Of a stretch of DNA of 64,000 nt, positions 11,749 to 23,250 are shown one piece after another. The stretch's first letter is position 1, and each line of letters begins with the position of its first letter. This DNA comes from Callorhinchus milii. Taxonomy: Eukaryota. The position numbers and the translations under genes were made by a program. The notes under the pieces were generated by a model, which saw nothing but the letters and a program-made list of their open reading frames with translations, searched no databases and was not told the DNA's origin. The DNA lies in contig NW_024704743.1 in NCBI RefSeq assembly GCF_018977255.1, positions 43,216,001 through 43,280,000 on the forward strand, read 5' to 3'.

Positions 11749-12330
11749 TATAATAATCCTTGCATTTGATGAGGTGTTTTCACATCAGGAGGATGGCTGA
11801 AAATGCTTCCCAGGATTTACTGTAAAGTATAGTGACTATTATAATAATAATCCTTGCATTTGATGTAGCGCCTTATCAAGTCTTCTAGACCTCTCAAAGC
11901 GTTTCACAGAATATAATGTAAAGTGAATTGACTGTATATTTGTGGGCGAAACGCGGCAGCCAATTGCGCACAGCAGTGTCCCACAAACAGTCGTGGATTG
12001 AAGTAACCAATTTATTAGTTTTTTATCTTGAGGGATTATCGTCAGGCGTGTGGAGTAAGGAAACTTGCCCAAGGCTTTGCCCTGCCGGGAATTGAACCCA
12101 GGTCTCTCACTTGAGAGGCGAATGCTTTAACCACTGAGCTATAGGACACCAAAATTTTACAGGCAAATGCAGCAACCAGCTTGCACACGACAATGTCCCA
12201 CAGATGTATTTGGGGGATTGTCAGCCAGAACACTGGGAATAACTACCTTTGATGTTCCAGTAGTCCATGGGATCTTTAACATCTACCTGAATGGGCAGCT
12301 GAGACCTCAGTTTAACATTTCACCCAAAGG
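11749..12330 (-). mobile_element. DeuSINE-like element interrupted by a short-subfamily SINE
   Basis: Tail at 11749-11838; body resumes at ~12151 (caatgtcccaca, catgggatctttaacatctac, cagtttaacatttcac). Confidence 0.75.
11840..12150 (-). mobile_element. tRNA-derived SINE, short subfamily (TAGAA loop)
   Basis: Full head-to-tail match to the other copies; lacks the ~64-nt internal segment. Confidence 0.93.
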
Positions 12331-12384
12331 AAAGTATCAAATGCAAGAATTATTATTATTACTACCTCTGATAAGGACTGCCCT

Positions 12385-12514
12385 CCTAGCCCCTCTGCCT
12401 TCCCTCATCCCAACCCTGCCTCCCATGCTCGGGTCCTGATCTCTGACTGTTCAGCGCCTTGGGGCGTCCTCCCGACGTGAAAGGCGCTTTACAAATGTAA
12501 TTTTGTTGTTGTTG
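12385..12514 (+). mobile_element. L2 LINE 3' end
   Basis: cagcgccttggggcgtcctcccgacgtgaaaggcgct..(TTG)n, as at 43255-43322 and 60079-60150. Confidence 0.85.
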
Positions 12515-13474
12515 CATTGGACTATCAACTTAGATTGTGCAAGTTCAAAGTCGTCCAGATTTGGGGCCTGACACCTAATGTATGTATTTTTATATTTGGC
12601 TGATTTTTAAAAAAAAGTATAAATTAAGCGTGAAGAATTAATTGCGCAAAGTATCTTGGGACAGCATTTACCAGAGTAGCATCACCACTGCAGTGTTTAA
12701 TTTTGCAAAGTTTCTGGCTGTGCTTAGCTTTGGACAACTCAAAGTTAACTTAAAGAAGCGTGGGATGATTTTTTGCTGTTTCACCAGTGCAAAGCTGGGA
12801 GCTATGACTTATCACATGTATGTTTATTTTGCACAGTGCAGTATCAGCATACAAATCGTACTCGTGTTACATGTTGCACCTCCAAATTCAGCCAACTCCC
12901 CCCTCTTTCTGGATTTCAGAGGCTCAAGCAATGAGACTTGCTGGTTATTTAGCCATCTCTCCACATTGGATGAAAATCGTAGAAAGAATGTGATTTTTTG
13001 GTGGAAGTACAACACTCCTCACTGAGGAATTATCGTTTTGTTGGGTCTATATATCTAATTGTGCATCTGGTGCGGAGGATAAATCGATGCTCTGTGATCG
13101 GAAATTTATCAGACCACGTGACAGCATGACATCTGAAACTCATTATTCACCTCCTGCAAAGGGAACTAAAAATAACAGCAGCAGCACTTGCTCTCCAGTG
13201 CGGCTACTTCTGCGTGTGTGGAGGTTGGTATTGGCACAAGGCTCGGGAGCAGCTGGGCTGTCTGATTAGGCCATGGTATGTGGTGTGGGGAAGGAAAAAA
13301 ATGAAGTGAATGCGGTGACAGTATTTCTCTCTTTCATGGCTGTTTATGGGACATTGCTGTACCCACATCAAGTTCACCTACAAAATAGTATTTTAAGTTT
13401 ACAGCGATTACTCTGTGAAGCACTAGTGTGGCAGCGTTTCAGCACTATAGGTGCTGTAAAGAAGAATGTGACTA

Positions 13475-13690
13475 TAGTCGAACCTCACTACTGCAATTCT
13501 CCCCCCCCCCCCCCCACCCCCCACCCCCCTCCTGGGACCGGCAGAGCAGATTGTTATAGGAGGATGTTCACTATACTACAGTCTGGTTGTCAAAGAGGTG
13601 CACCTCCACTTTGACCTCCAGGATTGCTTTTGGGATCGTTAAAACCGGGGGTTTGTTATAAATCGAGTTCCTTATAGTGAGGTTCGGCTG
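13475..13690. mobile_element. Tigger/pogo-like MITE
   Basis: Terminal inverted repeats TAGTCGAACCTCACTA and TAGTGAGGTTCGGCTG, TA on the left flank, subterminal (C/T)GTTA(T/A)A repeats. Confidence 0.65.
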
Positions 13691-14120
13691 AATTTATAAT
13701 CAAAAATAAGCATCTCGCCTGTTGCCAAAGGTGGCCTCCTTCACACCAGTGCCCTCCCCCTCCTCTCCCTCTTGGCCCCAATCGGAAGCCTGGGAAAAAT
13801 GTAATGCAAGCTTTTCCTCTTTGGAGGAGCAAAATCCAGACCCAATTCTAGCAACTGGTGACTAAAATGAAAGTCTCTGTGATGGAAGAGTGTCGTGTGG
13901 ACAACCTCCTTGCACGTGGTCACGTACATGGGTAGCTATTAACAATACTCTTCATGCAGGATAACATCTGCTCCAGTGCTGTTGCAGTGTGTGTGGGGTG
14001 TGGTGGGGAGTTGGATGCTGAGCAAGGGAGAAGGGGAGGTGACGGGGAAACCTTGACTATCTGTTTCTCTTCGCTTCCTCCCTAACCCAGTGACTCTCAC
14101 ACCAATTGTCATACCCCCAA

Positions 14121-14290
14121 GTGCTGTATTCCATCCCAACAACCTGTAATTGATTTATATGTGTAGATAGGATGCTTGGAATTGTCAGCTGGGTTTGGAT
14201 ACTCATGATAAGTATTGTGATGGGTTTCTACATGTGTCAGACACCAGGCTGACCAAAAAAACTGAACATTTTTACTTTTTAAAGGCAAAT
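14121..14290. mobile_element. Arm fragment of foldback DNA element
   Basis: Same orientation and sequence as 16131-16306 (tttggatactc..gtgatgggtttc..gtgtcagacacc..ggctgac). Confidence 0.75.
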
Positions 14291-14944
14291 CCATCTTCAC
14301 TGTGGTTGCATGGTTATTTATTCACGCAATTACTGGCACACAGTTTCAATTTGATTCCTGCTTGCTTGTGACAAGAGATCAACTGTTATATAGTGGTTCC
14401 AAGTCAACTGATTTAACGTGACCATACAAAGAGGAAATAACTATTGAGGTTGGGAACATAACGCCATTTAAAAAGAGAATGGCTAAATGGACTGAATAGC
14501 CTCCCTTCTGTGCGCTGCAGTTTCTATGATTCTGTAATTTCTATTACACAGTTACTGAGTGGAACTATATTAACTTTTTCAATCTACTGTACAGCATTTC
14601 AATCAATCCAGAGATGTTTTTGACTTTGATAAACTGCTGCTTTCACGAGCATCTGTTTAACTGAAGGATAACTAACCACTAGCAATGCTTCGCCAGAGAT
14701 GACGTTTGTATGACTTGTCTTTATTTTTTAAATAAGAACACACTTTAGTTTTACAGTGGAATTTACAAGGTGACCGCAAGCAATAATGTATAATTCCAGG
14801 GCAGTTTAATATAATACTTTCAAAGACTCTATGTAGGTTCAATGTGTTACATGAGAGTGAATAGAACAAATGCACGAGGGTGCCACAGAGAGAGAGGGAG
14901 AGACTGAAACAGAGCACATGTGTAAAAGAAGAGAGAGAGGAGGG

Positions 14945-15105
14945 AATCCACTTGGGAGAGAAGAAGGGAATAGTGGGATATGAGAGGATGTTAGAGGGGT
15001 GAAATTAGGATGGATGGAAGCTCATGGGGAGTATATTATAACATTAATGAATAGTTGGGCCGAATGACCTGTTTTAGTGTTGCAGGTTCCATGTAAATTC
15101 TATGT
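14945..15105 (+). mobile_element. CR1 3' UTR fragment
   Basis: agttgggccgaatgacctgtttt..gtg..ttctatg tail, related to the reverse complement of 6845-6960. Confidence 0.6.
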
Positions 15106-16130
15106 TTTTGTGCTTTACAAAGGGGAGAAACAAAAGGCCAAATGGTTTGTCTGCTGCTTCTTAGTATAGTGGTACCAGAAAACAGTTAAATAAATGTATA
15201 TATATGTTATATCATCCGAGATGATGGAGATTCAGAGTTAGTTGTTTCAGATTTACTGGTTCGGTTTTTAAGATGATTGTGTAGAAATATTCTGGCATTT
15301 TAGTAGGGATTGAATTTTTTTCATATTGTGTACATTTACATCAGTTTGAGGTTATAAATTCCACCACCTTATTAGTTCCCTGCACTGTATATTTTATGTA
15401 AATGTTTTTTAATGCTTCAAAGGGGAAATAGAAATGTGTTTAAATTGTTTAGATTCTAAAAATTAGCTAAAAATTATGTGAGGTTGTAAACGTTCAGGGA
15501 GTGCATTGGAATAAATGTAATAATGGGGGGCAGACTGACTGACTTGTTGATTTTCTTCCCATTTTATTCTACAGTTTGCAGTATAGCCGCACTTTTAAAG
15601 GTTAATCATTTCCTAGTTACTAGGTCTCATATTGGTTGTTAAACCAAAGTTGGCACATGGATGCCTGTTAACTTATATTTTTATGATCACATCCTTTCCC
15701 TTTAGTATTTTGCTCGAACTCCCATTTCTTGACTTATGATTACTTGGAAGAACGGAGCAATTTAATTTTAAAAAATCCTTAAAGATGATTCACATTTGCA
15801 CCCCCAAGATCGCTATCCATCTGCATGTGCTTAAGATGTGACATTTTCAGAAATGAAATTTTTCAAAGGATAGAGATGCAGATGATGTGTGCCATTTCCT
15901 TTATGCCTGGGATTGGGATGTAATATATTGTCCTTTTATTGCTGCTTAGTGCTGCCCTAAGAGTTCAAAGCTTATCTTGTAGACAAATGATGATGGTTTG
16001 CCACTGTGCTCGAGCAGTTAATGAAGGTCATCTGCACTCTGACTAGATTGCTTTAAATTCATTTGTGAGCAGACAGTAAGGACATCTTCTCTTAACATCC
16101 CCCCCATCCTCAGTATTTGAATTGCTACTT

Positions 16131-16306
16131 TCAGGGAGAGAGGGCACATTCTATTCCAACAATCTATTTCTGGGATTTGTAGTTGGGATGCATGGAAATC
16201 TCAGCTTGGTTTGGATACTCTTAAGCATGGTGATGAGTTTCTGCACGTGTCAGACACCCGGCTGACAAAAAAAATTAAAGAAATGTTTTTTATCATGGTA
16301 CTTTTA
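16131..16306. mobile_element. Arm fragment of foldback DNA element
   Basis: Reverse complement of 21834-21995 and of 46369-46450. Confidence 0.8.
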
Positions 16307-16624
16307 CAATACAAATTATGTTATATAGCATCTTTCGCATTGAGAGAATGTTTCAAAGCACAAACTGTTTCATACCAGCAGTACCTGGAGCCTGATCACT
16401 GTGTATCAGAGCCTGCCTTCATGTGCAGCTGAATAACCACAGTCGATTTTTGCATTAAATGCAGTGCTGCACTAATACACTTTATACAGTTCATCTTGTG
16501 GTCATGTCTTTTTTTTAAAAAAAAAGTCAGTTCTACAGCATTGCCTTTAATACTGATATTAATTAGGACGCACAGTATCTCCCGTTTGCATTGATTTTCC
16601 AGTTAACTAAATTCATTCAATGTA

Positions 16625-16716
16625 CTGAAGGATTAATTGAAGTACAGGTCAGCCATGATCTAATTAAATGGCCGAACATGCTCGAAGAGCTGAATGGCTT
16701 ACTCCTGTTCCTATGT
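16625..16716 (+). mobile_element. CR1 3' tail fragment
   Basis: tcagccatgatctaattaaatggc..ctgaatggcttactcctgttcctatgt. Confidence 0.65.
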
Positions 16717-17499
16717 AGTGTAGCACCTTAATCATATCAAAACATACTAAGATGCTTCACAATATTGGTTATTTTAAAGTGTGTTGACTTCCGTTCATAA
16801 ATACAGCAGCCAGTCTGCACCAGTAGGGACTTGCAAACTCGGTACATAATAAACTATCTGTTCCATTTGGGTTAATTTGAAAAATAAGGAGTATTGATGT
16901 AAACAGCAGGAGAACTCCTTGCTCTATGATACCAGGAAACTGGCAAACTGGCAGACTAAAAAACTGGCAGTTTTTTTTAGCATCTCCACCAATCATTGGC
17001 ACCTCCAGCAATACAGAGGGGCTTCCCTTAGAAGTGTCCATTCAATTTAGGTCCAGTGTTTGTTGATGTTGTTATCGCTCCAATGATGCTTCTATTTTTT
17101 TCCCCACATTTTTTCCCTCCCCTCCCCCATTCTGTTCCACAAGTACAAGTTCTGGAGTTGATCTAAAAATCATTACCACTCAACAGAAGATACAAATGTA
17201 CATGTTTTAGTTTCTACATGCAGAGATCCATGCATACAGCTCTCTGGAAAATATTGGTGTGGGATAGCTTTCCTTTGCTTGTGAAGGGCACTTGTAATAA
17301 AAAGATGTAAGATATGAAATCTGGTTATGTCATAAAGGTTAGTAAAGTGAAATGTTAACTATCTGAATTTTTGTCACAGTCACACTTCAGAGACGTGAGG
17401 AATTTTGGTCCATGTCAACTCGAAGAGTGAATAACACCCAGCTGCATCATCTAATAATAATTATAATAAATAATCCATGATTGAATAAAACAATTGCTG

Positions 17500-17780
17500 G
17501 TAAGTGGAGTGGCTGTGGATATATAGGCAAATGTGGGAGGTGTTTTGTGCAAATTTCACAGAAGTGAATAATAAATTTTATCTGGAGGATTGTTGGCCAG
17601 GACACCAGTGGAAATTCCCTTCGCTGTTCAAATAGCATCATGGGATCTTTAATGTCCACCGGAACAGGTGTACGGGACATCAATTTAATGTCTCATCCAA
17701 ACACACTCCCCCAATAGTGCACAGGGGAATTAGACCACTCAGCACTGTGAGCTCAAGTCGTGATGTGGGACTTGAGCATT
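17500..17780 (-). mobile_element. DeuSINE-like fragment
   Basis: gttggccaggacacc..catgggatctttaatgtccac..tttaatgtctcatcc. Confidence 0.75.
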
Positions 17781-18890
17781 TTGAGCTGCATAATGTTATA
17801 ATAGTGGTTGCAGATCCATCACTGGTGGAGTGGTTGTGGTGCTGGGGGAAGGTGATGAATTAGAAATATCACACAAGAAATGTGTCAGTACAACATTGAT
17901 TTAATTGTGTTTTTTTTCTCTTTCTCTCCCTGTAGTGATTTGGCACCAATATGCTGTATAAGCTAAGCTACAACATTGAAATGTTTCTAATCCTATTTGC
18001 TAGTTCAATAGATTGCAGTTTGTTTCTTGCAGTAATGTTATACTTTACATGTGGTTATACAGAGACAATTCGGCAAAATGGACTCTGGGGCATAGAATGG
18101 AGCAGAAAATCTGTTGTCCTAATTAAATTCTCCCTGTTCTGGCTTGCCTGTTGGTTCCTGTAGTAGAGAAGTAAATCTCCCCAGCAGAGGAATCCTGAGT
18201 TACAGATACAGTATTTCATTATTGCCCATTCTACCTAATTGGCAGAGTTTGCTCACTTGGAACTTGTGACCGTCAAGTGGAGTGACTGTGGATTTGTCAG
18301 CAATTTTTTTTAGTTTAAATTAAACATTTCCAAATATTTCACTCACAAAATATGCAGTCATTCATTTTACAGAATATTCTGTGAAGTGCTTTGAGATGTC
18401 TCAATGACATAAAGGGCAATACCATATGCAAGTATTATTATTATGACAAATGTGGCGGTGGGGAAGGTATGGTTTGGGGGCACCGAATTAGATGCTTTCT
18501 ATGAAAACGCAATTCCTATTTACCTATCCACAATAGGCTGGTAGCTTTTTAAATTGTCCTGCTTTTCTGGTTGTTGATCTACACAGTGTGAACTTTTTTG
18601 AGACTCATTTAAATAAGCAACTTGGTGATACAGAGGCCACTTTGACATGCTTTAATGCAGCTTTGATCCCTGCATTGGAAACACAAATAAACTCAACCTT
18701 AATGTGGATAAAGCCTTTATTCAATGACGCTCGGCGCAAATTTCACTGGAGTCTCCACATCAACCTAAAGATGGTCCTAAAACGTTAACTAATAGGATGG
18801 GTGGTCTGAATGTAATCTATTTGTTTTTCTAAATGATTGGCATGACAATGTTTCACAACCAATTGAACTGTTGATTTCTGGAGTCCCAGT

Positions 18891-19226
18891 TATAATAATA
18901 ATAATAATAATAATAATAATCCTTGCATTTGATATAGCGCTTTTCACGTCGGGAGGACGTCCCAAAGCGCTTCACAGAACACACTGTAAAGTGAATTGAC
19001 TGTATATTTGTGGGCGAACGCGGCAGCCAATTGCGCACAGCAATGTCCCACAAACAGTCGTAGATTGAAAATGACCAATTTATTATTGTTTTGGGTTTTT
19101 TTGGAGGGATTATTATTAGGCGTGTGGAGTAAGGAAACTTGCCCAAGGTTTCGCCCTGCCTGGAATTGAACCCAGGTGTCTTGCTTGCAAAGCAAGTGCT
19201 CTAACCACTGAGCTACAGGACTCCAC
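18891..19226 (-). mobile_element. tRNA-Ala-derived SINE, youngest short subfamily, full length
   Basis: Near-identical to 8221-8546; long (TAT)n tail. Confidence 0.95.
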
Positions 19227-19229
19227 AAT

Positions 19230-19536
19230 TAATAATACTACTAATACTAATCTTCCTTGCATTTGATATAGCCCTTTTCACGTCTTCTAGACGTCTCAAA
19301 GTGCTTCACAGAATATACTGTAAAGTGTATTGACTGTATATTTGTGGGCAAAACGCGGCAGCCAATTGCGCACAGCAGTGTCCCACACACAGTTGTCAAT
19401 TGAAGTTACCAATTTTTTTTGAGAGATTATTATCAGGCGTGTGGAGTAAGAAAACTTGCCCAAGATTTCACCCTGCCGGTAATCGAGGTCTCTTGCTTGC
19501 AAGGCGAGCGCTCTAACCACTGAGCTACAGAACTCC
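19230..19536 (-). mobile_element. tRNA-derived SINE, short subfamily (TAGAA loop), in tandem with the previous copy
   Basis: Full head-to-tail match; lacks the internal ~64-nt segment. Confidence 0.92.
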
Positions 19537-20104
19537 CTCAGCTACCACAGAATCCCCAGACATCAGTTCAGCTGATCTCTACTGTCATATTCTCTTGAGG
19601 TCAGGTACAAATTTCTACCTCGTTGTACACTGTTGATTGCACATTGATGTGCTATGCCATGGACTGAGAAACACGGATTCTTTGTTAGATGGCTCTTTGA
19701 TCAAGATGAAGGATGTTCTTTCTGAGAAAAGGAACATTTTTCCACTTTCTCATGCCATGTCAGCGTTAGGCACTCTGGCCTGGCATAGTCAGGTACTCTC
19801 ATTTTCTACCTCAAACGACTTGGTTTAATGCACCTTTGTACCCTACCTTGCAAAACACAATCTGAAGGTAGATACAGGAGCACTTTTACTCCATTCTCAG
19901 CTATATTAAATGCAATGATTATTGTTATTGTTACTACCTATTCTGTGGCCAATCGGTGGAGAATTACCTTTTTCATTTTGTTCTATACAGGTTGCGTACT
20001 CATTGTGCTTGTGTAGATGAGGCGTGTGTGGAAATTGTTCTTTTTTTCACCTTGTGCTTGCACTCAGTATAGGATGAGCCACGATTATTAAAATCAAATA
20101 GACT

Positions 20105-20168
20105 CAACAACAACAATTTGCATTTATATAGCGCCCTTCACGTGGGGTAGTGACTCAAGCACTTCATC
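20105..20168 (-). mobile_element. L2 3' tail of a second family (CTACCCC loop, TTG repeats)
   Basis: caacaacaatttgcatttatatagcgcccttcacgtggggtag; related tails at ~24930, ~33105, ~52690 and ~57290. Confidence 0.65.
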
Positions 20169-21833
20169 CCAATCTTTTCTTGGGGGGGGGGTGGAGGGGG
20201 GGAGAAAAATTTATTTTACTGTTCTCCAACAATGTGCTTTAACTCCCACACAGCCTTAAACGTTCCATGTCCAAATTTGTCCCAATTCCACACTAGTAAA
20301 CCAGGTGGCGTTTGGAGACTTATTTTTCAATCTAATGCATCTGTGCTACTCACTTTCCAGCTTGGGATCAGAAGGATCCTGATTGCTGCTATGTGGATAA
20401 CGAATGCTCTCGTTGCCAATGGATGTTTCGCCTACTCGGGTCAGCAGTGCGAGCAACGCAGTGAAAGCACAAGTACAACTTGGCATCAGTCACAAAGTGA
20501 ACAAATTAGAGGCAGCGGGGAGGAAGGTCAGCCTGTATAGCTCTAGAGCTTGGGAAACAACGACAGGAAGGATCAGCTCAAATTAATTTCCTTCCCCCTC
20601 CCGCTTTCTTTCATAATTCACTGTGTACTCCAAAATAGCTTTAGTTTCTTGTCGGGTAAATTGGCAATTAGAGGATGGTTGGTGGCTGATGTGTACAGTG
20701 CTACAAAGCAGGTTTAAATCCTTGGCGTGATGCTTGTACCTCAGGTGGTGAGTTGGGAATTGGAGTCAGACCAACCAGACGGGTAGAGTGCAGAGGTGAA
20801 GGCAGCTTACCATTTGGGCAAAATGGTCAGTTGCTTCATTTTGCGGTCACCCTCATCTCCATCTCTCTCTCAACATGTCCACCGCTGGCCATGAACATAA
20901 CATAACATGAAGCAGTACTGGAGGAGGGACCACAGTATCACGTATGGCCTTTCAGTCCAAGCATTGGAGGTAACCACGTATAACTAAATTGTACTGAGGG
21001 GGGTTAAGTGATGTACAGACTGTTGGTGAAGAATTTTAATACAGTCCACTGAATCAAAATGACCACAGGCTTATCCTTCTACTCAAAGTAACTCTCCATT
21101 AAACTACTTTGATCTGGCTTCCTGTAGCTACCTCCTTTCAAAATATCTGGCATTGTTGCATGACAGACCACATTTATTTTCTCCAAATGTTTCCTTATGC
21201 ATCTTTCTATTTTTATAACCACACATAATGACTGCTTCATCTGAAAGCCTGCACTTATAATGTCACACTAGGCACATTGTGCAGCACTGCCAAAATGTTT
21301 TCAGCTACGTTTCATTGAATGCGTAGCCATTTACCCTCTGAAGAATGAACATTTTGTAATGTATTTAAAGCCAGAAAAAAATGTAATACAATAATCGCCT
21401 AATATAACACTCAGATACCTCACAACCTTTCATTAAAATACAAATTGCATCTGGATTCCATTACTAATAAATAATAACCCTTTACTCTTGCACATTTACC
21501 CTTCCTCCCTGAAACAGTGTCAGAAAGAGGGTTCACTGTATTTTGTTTCATCACTCTTGCTGATCCATGCAAGCATCCCCTTGTCCACTTGATGTTGACT
21601 GGCTAGCAAACACTCTGTACTCAGTAAGAATTATGCTGCCTTTGATTGTTGACATCTTCCAGAAACTGATCTGGACTTCACATCACGTTAACCTTTGGTC
21701 CTGACCATTTACTTCATAGCTGTGTGCTTAACCTTTATAAATGCTGGCCATGAACTCTAAGATGAGTTTGCAACCAATAGCCCATGCTTTGGCTGCCAGC
21801 ACAGTTTACATCTCCTAGTGTCCAATATTGGAC

Positions 21834-22088
21834 TTAAGGTGCCAAAAGGAGAAGATGCTTGTGATTTTCTTTTGTCAGCCAAAACCCATCACCATGCTTA
21901 AGAGTATCCAAACCCAAACTGAAGAGTTTCATGCATCCCATCAAACATAGAAATTCATGAAATGTTTATTGGAATGGAATGCTCATTCTCACCCTGGAAG
22001 GGTCCATCCTGCTAACCTAATTTTGGAAAGTATTAGGCGTAGGTTGGCAAGAGCCAAGGCTTGGGGACCCCAGCCTGTGTGATGGGGT
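21834..22088. mobile_element. Foldback DNA element, one full arm from putative TTAA terminus to centre
   Basis: Starts TTAA|GGTGCC; matches 46369-46540 directly and 16131-16306 as reverse complement. Confidence 0.75.
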
Positions 22089-22161
22089 AACTGCTGGAGT
22101 CTGATCAGCCGAACCGCATAGTTTACTGTTGAGAGCACTGCCTGGCAAGCTTTCCTACTGC

Positions 22162-22211
22162 TGTCCAGCTAGGACCACCTTACCTGTTAGGTCTTTAGCT
22201 TGCAGGGTTAA
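22162..22211. mobile_element. piggyBac-like terminal fragment
   Basis: 40/50 identity to 32180-32229; both end in GCAGGG|TTAA and diverge immediately afterwards. Confidence 0.5.
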
Positions 22212-22274
22212 CAGGAGCTGAGTGGGAAGAGTCCTTGCCATCAGTCACTGGTCTGACCTTTCAGGTCCTGCTGA

Positions 22275-22538
22275 TGAGGCGAAAGACCAATGAATCTGGA
22301 GCGTTGTTGGCCAGGAGACGTGGGAGAAGCTCCCTCCTGGTTTCGAATGGTCCCGTAGGATCTTTAACATCCACACAAAAACAGACATGATCTCAATTTT
22401 AATGTCTTATCTGAAGGACATCACTCCAGTGTGATTGGAGTGTCAGTCTAGACTGTAGGCTCAAGTCTGACTATGAAGGTTGAACCCACAATCTTCTGAT
22501 TGGAAGGCAAGAGTGCCATCAGCTGAACAAATGTGACA
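22275..22538 (-). mobile_element. DeuSINE-like element (head plus Deu domain)
   Basis: gttggccagg..ggatctttaacatccac..ggagtgtcagtctagact..ttgaacccacaatcttctga. Confidence 0.75.
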
Positions 22539-22932
22539 AGAGAAATGTGTGCTGTCTGAGCCGACTACCTTCTCTGCTTCCACCTAAAGGCCATTGAGAC
22601 AAACTGGTCATTCATCTCCTGGTTATTTGAAGGATCCTCCTGCGCGTAAAATAGCTGGTGGATTTGCCAACTAAAAAAAATCTTCACACTTGACAATCAT
22701 TATCTGTGAAGCCTTTGACACGTTTTGACTACTAAATACAGCGCTATTAAAAATACAGGTTCTTTTCATTCAATTGAACTCGCACAAAATGTAACCACTC
22801 TTTTGTCCCCTAGTTTCCTTGTTTAGAAATAGGAATGGTTACGTTCTCCTTATGTTTAACCGAAAACATTTGGTCCCCGCCATTGTCATTTTGCTTCTTC
22901 ATCAATGTCGAGTCAGATTTGTCTCTGATGTG

Positions 22933-23250
22933 TAATAATAATAATAATCCTTGCATTTGATATAGCGCTTTTCACGTCGGGAGAACATCCCAAAGTGCTT
23001 CACAGAACACACTGTAAAGTGAATTGACTGTATATTTGTGGGCGAACGCAGCAGCCAATTGCGCACAGCAATGTCCCACAAACAGTCGTAGATTGAAAAT
23101 GACCAATTTATTATTTTTTGTTTTGGAGGGATTATTATTAGGCTCTGTGTGGAGTAAGGAAACTTGCCCAAGGTTTCACCCTGCCTGGAATTGAACTTGG
23201 GTCTCTCGCTTGCAAAGCGAGTGCTCTAACCACTGAGCTACAGGACTCCA
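22933..23250 (-). mobile_element. tRNA-Ala-derived SINE, youngest short subfamily, full length
   Basis: Near-identical to 8221-8546, including the AGAGCC variant after CCACAC. Confidence 0.95.

Noticed and set aside
12642..13025. 127-aa ORF in unique sequence
   Set aside because: Non-ATG start and no recognisable similarity; length is compatible with chance
15987..16043. C/D-box snoRNA-like ATGATGA..CTGA
   Set aside because: Short, weak terminal stem and no convincing rRNA antisense element
19150..19226. tRNA-Ala(TGC)-like cloverleafs at SINE heads
   Set aside because: Always fused to the SINE body and tail, with non-canonical acceptor and T arms; these are SINE heads, not tRNA genes. The apparent compensatory change in the anticodon stem here is explained by CpG decay
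22245..22293. Hammerhead-ribozyme-like arrangement (stem, hairpin, CTGATGA, GAAA, stem)
   Set aside because: Stem II is essentially absent (GGC), the cleavage-site base would be G, extra bases precede the core, and GAGGCGAAAGACCAA is a decayed part of the adjacent DeuSINE (compare GAGGTGAATGACCAA at ~40763)
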